Part shown: one piece after another, positions 1 through 7,583 of the stretch
How positions within the stretch are numbered: position 1 is the first letter of the stretch
Layout: every line of letters begins with the position of its first letter
Origin: Candidatus Parvarchaeota archaeon
GTDB taxonomy: Archaea > Nanobdellota > Nanobdellia > Parvarchaeales > Parvarchaeaceae
Direction of reading: 5' to 3'
NCBI GenBank assembly: GCA_023261805.1
Contig: JAGDXV010000005.1
Location: 1 to 55,938, forward strand
DNA length: 55,938 bases
Translations under genes and position numbers: made by a program
The notes under the pieces: generated by a model
Databases searched by the model: none
What the model was told of the DNA's origin: nothing
Seen by the model: the letters and a program-made list of their open reading frames with translations, nothing else

Positions 1-172
1 TTCCCCTTTCGTAAGATAAGGGGATGAAAGGCGGTAATGATAAGTATTTATGGAAGAAACGATGGACAGAAACAGGGTGTTGAAGCGAGAAGCCCCATGC
101 GGAAGCTCGAGGTAGTTCACTGCGTAGAAAGAGAGGACCTTAAAACAACGGAACCCTAGAACTTCCGAGATT

Positions 173-1753
173 TCAGCGAGGACAGTATTTGGCTAATTGA
201 TTATCATCTAAAATCACCTCATCTCCTTTCGCTCTACCTCTAAGATCTTGAATTACTGCATCGAGTATCTCTTTAGGGGGCTGTTTTTCACTCGATTTAA
301 ATGATTTGACGTAGAATCCACTATCTACGTATACTACTGCAATCCCGATCATCCTATCTTCGATGCTGTATCTTATTAGTTTGAATCCGTGGCCATTATT
401 GAAATAATCTTTTTGGTATTTGTACATTAGATCGACCAGAATCTTTGGATCTTGTCCTCTTACACCTGTCTGAATGTAATCATAATAATTATAGTGTAAG
501 GGATTATTGTCCTCTTCTGCATACAATATCTTTGTTCCATCTCCATCCATTATAGAATACTCTTTTCCCTCTCTTTCAATTGAATTATTTATAGATTCAA
601 CAAGTTTCTCTCTATCGCTTTCCGGCAGAAGGAAAAACGTGCAAAGCTCTTTCATGTCTAGATCCTTTTTGATCCCATATTTTTCAGAAACAAAAGCCAT
701 CAAAATTCTTCGGTAATCTTTGATGGTCTTCTTGCTGGGCCTTGGAAGCTTTGCAGGCGAGTGCAGATAAGTCGATATGGCACACAGAGAATCGACATCG
801 GATTCTTTCAAATCATTGCTATGCCCATCAAATTCCTTCTGAAAATTGAAAAGATCGCTTATAGATAAGTAATCGAATACCACTTCGCCGAACCTTCTGA
901 TAAGTTCTGAGGCTGTGATCACTTCGGCCCCTCCTTTTGAACGTGACCGATCATCGTATCCATGTCCGTCGTTCAGGCGGCGTATATAGTCAAATCCAGC
1001 CAATTCGCTTAATTTATTGGAGATCTCTACTGCAGATTTATAGTCTTTTGCTTGGCTTATCGTTTTTATCGCAATTTTAACTGCAGTTTCGTTATCGGTG
1101 AAGGTTGCAATTTTAGTTATATTTTTAGCGATGATGGAAAATGCTTCGTTTGCCTCGCGCGGATCTTCATTTTTGTAGTTGTGGCTCAAATTAGTGACAA
1201 GATCCGCGAGTTGCCGCCCGGACATCACTCTCGTCCCAGATTCTAGTAATTTCTCTAAACGTTCTCTGTAGTTCGCTATACTGTCGATCCACAACAATTC
1301 TCTCAACTCTGATGCAATACCCAATCCAATATAGGGATTATTACTGTATTGATTAAGGGTTTTCGCGATCCCTTCAATAATTTTCCTATTAGACGTTCTA
1401 ATCGCGATGTCTCTAAGCAATCCATGGATGTCTTCATGTTCTTTATAGTTTTCAATTGCTTTCACTGAGGCGATGACAGCTCCTTCATCGGAAGTGCGTA
1501 CCGCTATAGTCTTGATAATATCAGTGATTCTGTATCTGGCGTCATCATTTTTATACATCGCTATTGCATTCATTGATTCGGAAACGGCGATCAGACTTCT
1601 TGTAGATCTAAATATCTCTTCCAATGATTTGCGTATTGATCCCCATTCTTTTGGATTGTCTGTTACATTTTGATGGTTGGAGGAAAGCAGGGCATCTAAA
1701 TTATTTGGATCTTCTCTTCTAAAAAGTCTAATACCCTCGCCTATAAATTTCAT
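173..1753 (-). CDS. Hypothetical 526-aa protein with tandem ~33-aa helical (HEAT/ARM-like) repeats in the N-terminal half
   Basis: Long uninterrupted ORF. An internal repeat is visible in the translation (MNAIAMYKNDD...IAVRTSDEG / VKAIENYKEHED...IAIRTSNRK / IAKTLNQYSNN). GGAGG lies directly 5' of the ATG. I recognise no enzyme motif. Confidence 0.75.
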   Translation of the reverse strand: MKFIGEGIRLFRREDPNNLDALLSSNHQNVTDNPKEWGSIRKSLEEIFRSTRSLIAVSESMNAIAMYKNDDARYRITDIIKTIAVRTSDEGAVIASVKAIENYKEHEDIHGLLRDIAIRTSNRKIIEGIAKTLNQYSNNPYIGLGIASELRELLWIDSIANYRERLEKLLESGTRVMSGRQLADLVTNLSHNYKNEDPREANEAFSIIAKNITKIATFTDNETAVKIAIKTISQAKDYKSAVEISNKLSELAGFDYIRRLNDGHGYDDRSRSKGGAEVITASELIRRFGEVVFDYLSISDLFNFQKEFDGHSNDLKESDVDSLCAISTYLHSPAKLPRPSKKTIKDYRRILMAFVSEKYGIKKDLDMKELCTFFLLPESDREKLVESINNSIEREGKEYSIMDGDGTKILYAEEDNNPLHYNYYDYIQTGVRGQDPKILVDLMYKYQKDYFNNGHGFKLIRYSIEDRMIGIAVVYVDSGFYVKSFKSSEKQPPKEILDAVIQDLRGRAKGDEVILDDNQLAKYCPR

Positions 1754-1885
1754 CCTCCACTTGATGTAATGGATATGTTCAAATATAAATCTTTCGTTGT
1801 GTGTGTTTGGATGACATCGCTCATGGCAATTGACTGTGCAGGGACCGATAAGAATATATTAATTTTGATGATTTGATTGAAATGT

Positions 1886-3334
1886 ATGGACTTCGATGAG
1901 GATAGACTGAAAAAATTGGAGAATCTGAAAGCCAAAGGCATAGATCCCTATGGTCATAGATATGAGATAACATCGAATCTGTTGAACATAAAACGGAACT
2001 TTGAGCAATTGAACGGCAAGAGTGAGCAAGTTGCAGGCAGGATCATAGGAAAACGCGACCATGGAAAATTGAAATTTTTGGACCTACAAGATGAATTTGC
2101 GACGCTTCAGATATATATCTCTGAGAACAACTTGGACGAGCAATCTAAATTTATACTGAGTCAGCTCGACGTCGGAGATATAATAGGTGTTTATGGTGTT
2201 GTTGTAAAAACGAAGACAGGGGAAATATCCGTTTCCGCCCAGAGAATAGACATCCTAGCGAAAAGCATTTTGCCCCTTCCTCCACGCTGGTATGGCTTAG
2301 CGGACACAGAAAAAAGATTCAGGAAGCGTTATCTCGACCTTATAATGAATCCGGATGTGAAAGAGAGGATAAAGGATGCAGCCAAGGTGACGTCGATAAT
2401 AAGAAGCTTTCTTGAGAAGAGAGGATTCATAGAATTTGAGACGCCCGCCCTTCAACCAATATATGGAGGAGCGAATGCCAGGCCATTTATAACCCATTAC
2501 AATGCACTGGATAGGGACATGTATCTTCGTGTGTCGGATGAATTATATCTTAAAAGATTGATCATAGGCGGATACGAAAAAGTCTTCGAGATAGGAAAGG
2601 ACTTCAGGAACGAGGGCATGGACATCCTTCACAATCCGGAGTTTCAGATGTTGGAGCTGTATCAAGCTTATGGTGATCTTAGCGATATGATGGAGATAAC
2701 AAAGGAATTGATCAAAGAGGTGTCAAAGCAGATACGTGGCAGTTATGAGATAGAATTTGATGGAAAGAAAATACATCTAGATAAATATGATGTCGTCAAG
2801 ATGGAGGACAGCGTTATCAAGATTATAGGCACTTCCGACAAAAAGGAGATAATAGAGGCTGCAAAGAAGATAGATCCTCTCGTTTCAGATTACGGCGAGG
2901 CGATAAATACTTTATTTGAGGAAAAAGTTCAAAAGACGCTCATCCAGCCGACATTTGTGACCACTTATCCTATTGAGGTTTCTCCTTTAGCGAAGAGAAC
3001 CAAAGAAAATCCAGATTTTGTCGATCGCTTCGAGCTATTCATAGACGGGATAGAGATAGCAAATGCTTTCACTGAATTGAATGACCCCCAGGATCAGATA
3101 AAAAGGTTCGAACTTGAAGCGGAGAGGAGAAAAAGAGGCGTCGCAGAGACGCAGGTCATGGACTGGGATTTCATAGAGGCTCAGGCGTATGGTATGCCAC
3201 CGACAGGTGGATTGGGTATAGGAATAGCGAGACTGCAGATGTTGGTGACAGGTATCAAGTCGATTAAGGAGGTTATGCCGTTCCCTCAGCTAAGATCTAT
3301 AGACAATTCTGAAGAGAGGGAACAGAAATCATAG
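1886..3334 (+). CDS. lysS: Lysyl-tRNA synthetase, class II
   Basis: Class II motifs ELYLKRLIIGGYEKVFEIGKDFRNEG (motif 2 region) and GGLGIGIARLQMLV (motif 3), plus an N-terminal OB-fold-like region. The track start at 1877 is TTG; the in-frame ATG at 1886 (MDFDEDR) lies ~27 nt downstream of an ATATATTA box, so I prefer 1886. Confidence 0.92.
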   Translation: MDFDEDRLKKLENLKAKGIDPYGHRYEITSNLLNIKRNFEQLNGKSEQVAGRIIGKRDHGKLKFLDLQDEFATLQIYISENNLDEQSKFILSQLDVGDIIGVYGVVVKTKTGEISVSAQRIDILAKSILPLPPRWYGLADTEKRFRKRYLDLIMNPDVKERIKDAAKVTSIIRSFLEKRGFIEFETPALQPIYGGANARPFITHYNALDRDMYLRVSDELYLKRLIIGGYEKVFEIGKDFRNEGMDILHNPEFQMLELYQAYGDLSDMMEITKELIKEVSKQIRGSYEIEFDGKKIHLDKYDVVKMEDSVIKIIGTSDKKEIIEAAKKIDPLVSDYGEAINTLFEEKVQKTLIQPTFVTTYPIEVSPLAKRTKENPDFVDRFELFIDGIEIANAFTELNDPQDQIKRFELEAERRKRGVAETQVMDWDFIEAQAYGMPPTGGLGIGIARLQMLVTGIKSIKEVMPFPQLRSIDNSEEREQKS

Positions 3335-3391
3335 ACAGATTTTTGATTGGTTTGAATGGACAAACTGAATTAAGGGAATATTATCCGTATT

Positions 3392-3488
3392 TGGGCCGCG
3401 AGGGGATCGAACCCTCGACCTCCGGTTTACCAAGATTATTAGAGCGTGATCGTATAAGACCGGCGCTCCACCACTAAGCTAGCGGCCC
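3392..3488 (-). tRNA. tRNA-Ile (anticodon UAU) with a 25-nt intron at the canonical 37/38 position
   Basis: Minus-strand cloverleaf: acceptor GGGCCGC/GCGGCCC, D arm GCTT-AGTGGTG-GAGC, anticodon stem CCGGT/ACCGG, T arm GAGGG-TTCGATC-CCCTC, discriminator A73. There are 32 nt between the anticodon-stem strands, which is a 7-nt loop CUUAUAA plus a 25-nt intron. The bulge-helix-bulge is relaxed (one U-U mismatch in the central helix). No CCA is encoded. Confidence 0.8.
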
Positions 3489-3522
3489 AATAAACTATAA
3501 AATAACGCGCGCATTTATAAAG

Positions 3523-4239
3523 ATGATGGATTTGGAGGATACAAAGCTGAGGTTCATCAAAGGTGAGAGATACGCCCTTCTCGATGATTATGCGATAGTC
3601 GGCGATGTTCACCTAGGTTTTGAGGAAAAATTCAATGAAGAGGGATATAACGTTCCCCTTTTTTCAAAGAAAATTGAAAAGAGGCTGCTGTCGATAAGCT
3701 CAAAAAAACTGATAATGTTGGGGGATGTCAAAGAGGGGATATCTTTTCTTTCTTTGCATAAAAGGGATTCTATAAGAAATTTTTTTAAGGACATTTCAGC
3801 GAGATTCGACGAGACGATAATAACTAAAGGAAATCACGATGCGAATATAGAGCGTTTGCTGCACGATATACCAAACATAAAGGTAGTGAGAGAATTCTTG
3901 TATGGGGACATTCTTTTTCTTCATGGGCATAGACTACCCGATAAGACAGATATAAAGGCAGCCTCAACGATCTGTTCAGCTCATCTTCATCCTACAATTA
4001 AGATGGTCGATGCAAATGGTGTTGTATATTATGATGATTGCTGGCTTCTTTTTGATCTATTCCTACCGAGGGAGAAATTCGGGGACAACAATGTAAAGAA
4101 CGGGGTGGTTTTTCCCTCATTTAATGAGCTTATAGGTCACATGGAAAAGGTCAGGGACGTCGGATTTATGAAATATGCAAGAAATATTCAGAGGCTCACA
4201 ATAGATCTCGCACTTCTGCCTGAAAAACAACATCTTTGA
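3523..4239 (+). CDS. Metallophosphoesterase (calcineurin-like, SbcD/Mre11-related archaeal type)
   Basis: Motifs VGDVHLG, GNHD and LHGH occur in the canonical order. A CTATAAAATA box lies ~25 nt upstream of the ATG. Confidence 0.8.
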   Translation: MMDLEDTKLRFIKGERYALLDDYAIVGDVHLGFEEKFNEEGYNVPLFSKKIEKRLLSISSKKLIMLGDVKEGISFLSLHKRDSIRNFFKDISARFDETIITKGNHDANIERLLHDIPNIKVVREFLYGDILFLHGHRLPDKTDIKAASTICSAHLHPTIKMVDANGVVYYDDCWLLFDLFLPREKFGDNNVKNGVVFPSFNELIGHMEKVRDVGFMKYARNIQRLTIDLALLPEKQHL

Positions 4240-4290
4240 GAACAATACTCTATCAAAACAATTTAAATAACATTAATTCATTACTATATT

Positions 4291-5223
4291 ATGACACCAG
4301 ACGAACTCCTGTTTCTGATGATCGCGGCAGTTGCAATAATTATTCTTTTCTTCCTCGGATTTTATTTCCCGGCGGCTTTCTATTTATTTTTAGCATTGCT
4401 TTTCATAGTGATCTTAGTCTTGTTCTTCGCGACAAGCATCAAGAAATATTCTCAGTTTGAGAGGGGTGTGATATTCAGAATGGGCAAGTTCAACCGCATC
4501 GCAGGCCCCGGCTGGGCGATCGTCTGGCCTTTCTTTGAGGAGGAATACAAAAGGATCGATGTCCGTGTGAAAATGCTTGATATCTCGTCCGACGACATCT
4601 TCACCCAGGACGATATTAAAGTGTCCCTGCAGGGCACAATATATTATCAGATAAAGGACCCGGAGAAAGCGACACTTCAGATAGATAACTATGCTCAGGG
4701 ATTGAGTACCCTTGTACTTTCAGCCGTCAGAAACACCATAGCATCTATGACGATGAGACAATTATTTGGGAAGCTCGATGCTTTGAATGATCTTTTAGCT
4801 GATTCGATAAGACAGACTGTGATGCAATGGGGAATAGGTGTGAATACGGTCCAGATAAGAAGCATATCCCCACCGGTTGAAGTTGTGCAAGCGATGATGC
4901 AGCCGGAGATAGCTGCAAATCTTCTTCAGGCTCAGAGATTCAAAGCTGATGCGAGGAAGATAACTATCGAGGCGATAGGAAAAGGAGGAGAAGCGCTGGA
5001 TGACAGATCTGTGATGTACTTGTATCTTGAAGCACTGAGACAGCTTGGTGAGTCAAGCTCCTCTAAGATCGTCCTTCCGATGCAGTTCTTCCAAGGAATG
5101 AGCGGGATCGCTGGTGGACTTGCTGGGTTGTCAGCCACGGCGTTGGCTACATTGGGCGGGCAGCAGAACGTCCAGAACGTGATAGACGCTATAAAACAGA
5201 AGATACAGCAATCGGCAAGCTGA
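4291..5223 (+). CDS. SPFH/band-7 (stomatin/prohibitin-like) membrane protein
   Basis: An N-terminal TM segment is followed by the typical FERGVIFRMGKF...GPGW start of the SPFH domain, with a coiled-coil and Ala/Gly-rich C-terminus. Confidence 0.85.
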   Translation: MTPDELLFLMIAAVAIIILFFLGFYFPAAFYLFLALLFIVILVLFFATSIKKYSQFERGVIFRMGKFNRIAGPGWAIVWPFFEEEYKRIDVRVKMLDISSDDIFTQDDIKVSLQGTIYYQIKDPEKATLQIDNYAQGLSTLVLSAVRNTIASMTMRQLFGKLDALNDLLADSIRQTVMQWGIGVNTVQIRSISPPVEVVQAMMQPEIAANLLQAQRFKADARKITIEAIGKGGEALDDRSVMYLYLEALRQLGESSSSKIVLPMQFFQGMSGIAGGLAGLSATALATLGGQQNVQNVIDAIKQKIQQSAS

Positions 5224-5246
5224 TTCTTGATTTGTCAATCCTAAAT

Positions 5247-5318
5247 AGCCTCGGGCGAGGATCGGACTCGCGGCCTTTTCCTTACCAAGGAAACGCTCTA
5301 CCACTGAGCCACCGAGGC
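5247..5318 (-). tRNA. tRNA-Thr (anticodon GGU)
   Basis: Minus strand: acceptor GCCTCGG/CCGAGGC, D arm GCTCAGTGGTAGAGC, anticodon stem TTTCC/GGAAA with loop TTGGTAA, T arm GCGAG-TCCGATC-CTCGC, discriminator U73. No CCA is encoded. Confidence 0.88.
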
Positions 5319-5401
5319 AGACAAATCTTTGGAAGCTTTTTTGGTATTAATCTTTTGAATGGAAGAAAACTTTTTATATTCATAGTAATAGTAATAGAGA
5401 C

Positions 5402-5512
5402 ATGAAATGTCCATATTGTGGCTATGAATGGGTGAGTAGGATCTCAGCACCTAAGGAATGCCCGAGATGCAAGGGCAGACTGGACAGAGTCAATATTCAT
5501 AGAATGATTTGA
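5402..5512 (+). CDS. Small (36-aa) zinc-ribbon protein
   Basis: ATG-initiated ORF below the track cutoff: MKCPYCGYEWVSRISAPKECPRCKGRLDRVNIHRMI, with two CPxC knuckles. It ends 7 nt before the next CDS. Confidence 0.5.
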   Translation: MKCPYCGYEWVSRISAPKECPRCKGRLDRVNIHRMI

Positions 5513-5519
5513 AACCGAT

Positions 5520-6449
5520 ATGTATCTGAACCTGTTTTCACCGGTGTACGAAGGAGTAGCAATGACCTTGCTTTTGTCCTATTTACTTGGATTGGTTCAC
5601 GGTATAACTCCTGATGAACATACCTGGCCGATCACTTTTTCATACGCCATTGGTAGTTATAGTACAAAGAAAGGCGCAGAGAATGGGGCAATATTCTCAC
5701 TTGGCTTCACTGTTCAAAGGGCCTTGATGTCGGAGTTGATGTTCATTGTCTTTGCCTACGGTTTATATACGGTTAAAGACATAATCTCATCAGCAGTCTT
5801 CTTTGGAATAGTTTACTTCATTGTCGGTTTTGTGATGGGAATAGCTGGGTACTACGTAAAATATGGACACTATTTTCCGCATGTTGAAGTTGACAGGCTA
5901 ATAAATCGAGCATTAATAAGTAAAGTAAAAAATATAAGGCACGAAGAGGCAGATTTCTACAAACGTGACGTCTCATCAAGGATGGCTTTCATACATGGAT
6001 TGATAGCAGGCTTTGGTTTTGGTGCTTTTGCGCTGATAATCTATTTTGTTTTTGCTCCAAGCATGCCAAATATATATTGGGGAGAAATGCCGGGGCTTCT
6101 CTTTGGACTTGGAACTATGACGATGCAGTTTGCTTTTGGTGCGGCGTTTGGGACGTGGATAACTAAGGTCAAGAAACTTGGTAAGAGAGGAGTGCAGTTT
6201 TTGGCAAGATACATGTCCTCCTTTGTGCTTCTTTATGGAGGGATAACTTTCATGATAGCGGGAATCATCGTGATTTTGTTTCCACAGGTTTTGTCTTATG
6301 GAATAACAACGCCGATCTATATTCACAATCTTCACAGCCTTGGGATAGGCTTCTTTATTGTAATATTTGTTGTAATAATTCTTGGTTTCATCTCTTATCT
6401 CAGAGGCATGAGAATAGCTCAGTCAAGATACGTCAGCTCTTCAGTGTGA
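5520..6449 (+). CDS. Polytopic membrane protein, possible metal-ion transporter
   Basis: About 8 hydrophobic segments. Two-fold internal organisation, each half opening with an HG-containing TM (VHGITPDEHTWP and IHGLIAGFGFG). HxxxxDxH resembles Ni/Co transporter signatures, but the match is weak. Confidence 0.7.
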   Translation: MYLNLFSPVYEGVAMTLLLSYLLGLVHGITPDEHTWPITFSYAIGSYSTKKGAENGAIFSLGFTVQRALMSELMFIVFAYGLYTVKDIISSAVFFGIVYFIVGFVMGIAGYYVKYGHYFPHVEVDRLINRALISKVKNIRHEEADFYKRDVSSRMAFIHGLIAGFGFGAFALIIYFVFAPSMPNIYWGEMPGLLFGLGTMTMQFAFGAAFGTWITKVKKLGKRGVQFLARYMSSFVLLYGGITFMIAGIIVILFPQVLSYGITTPIYIHNLHSLGIGFFIVIFVVIILGFISYLRGMRIAQSRYVSSSV

Positions 6450-6653
6450 CTCAATTATAAACGATTCTATCTTCTTTTCTTTTGCTAATCTCGTGATGAA
6501 ACCAGCTATCTTGTTTCTTGTTGTTTTCGAGGTATCTATAATATTAGAAAGCACCTGTTTATTGTGCTCAAAATTGTCTGTAAACTCATGCTTATACTTT
6601 TTGAGTATTTCAACTGTTTCTTTTCTAATCATCTTGCCTCTTATCCTTCCCAT
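6441..6653 (-). CDS. rps17e: 30S ribosomal protein S17e
   Basis: MGRIRGKMIRKETVEILKKY... is the characteristic eS17 N-terminus, and the size (70 aa) is typical. A TATA-like CTTAAATATTAT lies ~27 nt upstream. Confidence 0.85.
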   Translation of the reverse strand: MGRIRGKMIRKETVEILKKYKHEFTDNFEHNKQVLSNIIDTSKTTRNKIAGFITRLAKEKKIESFIIESH

Positions 6654-6752
6654 TCTACCTATTGATTTAACGATAATATTTAAGCGTTTCCACTTGAAGA
6701 ATCAGATTAGGATCTGTTTTTCAGTTCAGGAGAAGAAACAATTGATGCGTTT

Positions 6753-7025
6753 TCAAATGATATCTTCTTCAGAGACTACCACGAAATCGCCTATCGATAT
6801 GACAGCGGAGTACGGAATCTCATAGTTACCATTCTCATCCTTTTCAAATTGGAATGAGCTTGCGTAACTGGTCGGACTTTTGATGAGAAGATAAACGAGT
6901 TCCCCCGTTCTCACCTCGTACATCAAATCCGATACTATTCCTATCTTTTTCCCGCTTTTTCCAACAACAGTCCTGCCAACAATAGATCTTGCATCTATTC
7001 TTTCTCCTTTTGTTATGCCGCTCAT
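6753..7025 (-). CDS. PRC-barrel domain protein
   Basis: A 90-aa protein with the typical G(R/K)xVxxxxGxxIGxVxDLxxD/E pattern (VVGKSGKKIGIVSDLMYEVRTGELVYLLI). Confidence 0.75.
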   Translation of the reverse strand: MSGITKGERIDARSIVGRTVVGKSGKKIGIVSDLMYEVRTGELVYLLIKSPTSYASSFQFEKDENGNYEIPYSAVISIGDFVVVSEEDII

Positions 7026-7094
7026 AGGAAGAATTAAAATGTCTGTATTTAAAAAGCTTTTATTTTGTGTATTTAGTTCAAGGGAACCAGTGGA

Positions 7095-7583
7095 TCAACG
7101 TTTTTCAAAAATATAAAGAACATCATTGCCTATTTCCTTCTTAGAGACAGGCGAGTAGTCATCAAGATCTATGCCGGATCTCTTCAAAACTGAAATCAAA
7201 ATAAATCCCTCCTTTTTGCACAGAGAGAAGAGTCTTTTTATGAAGTCTTCTCTTTTTTCCTTTTCTATGTCTTGAAGAACAGTTATGCAGAAAACAAGAT
7301 CAAACTTTTTCCTGGTAGAGAATTCCTCCAGTCTTTTCCTTATTATCTTTATGTTTTCCCTTTTTGGTATAAGATCCGCGAGCTCGGAAGGCTCAAGTGC
7401 GGTGATCATGTTTTGTTTTAGTATTTTTTCAAGCAGCCCCGCACCAGCACCAACATCAATTATCTTTTGGTTTGGCTTAACTTCTATCAGCCTGAGAATC
7501 TCATCTATCTTCTCCTTTTGTTCCTCTCCATATAGCCGTTCATAGCTTGGCTTTATCTTATTATAATATTCTACGGCATCCAT
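7095..7583 (-). CDS. Class I SAM-dependent methyltransferase
   Basis: SAM-binding motif I is IIDVGAGAGLL. I place the start at the internal Met (MDAVEYYNK), whose ATG shares one base with the proS stop (TGATG). The longer track ORF would overlap proS by 58 nt. Confidence 0.8.
   Translation of the reverse strand: MDAVEYYNKIKPSYERLYGEEQKEKIDEILRLIEVKPNQKIIDVGAGAGLLEKILKQNMITALEPSELADLIPKRENIKIIRKRLEEFSTRKKFDLVFCITVLQDIEKEKREDFIKRLFSLCKKEGFILISVLKRSGIDLDDYSPVSKKEIGNDVLYIFEKR

Noticed and set aside
3392-3488. Alternative reading of the intron-containing tRNA as Thr(GGU), using the TTGGTAA sequence at the 3' end of the insert
   Set aside because: This would require a non-canonical intron at 31/32-33/34 with no supporting bulge-helix-bulge. 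The canonical 37/38 model gives two 3-nt bulges around a 4-position central helix (one U-U mismatch) and a 3-bp outer helix. A73 and the GGGCC acceptor also fit Ile rather than Thr. The alternative remains worth testing computationally.
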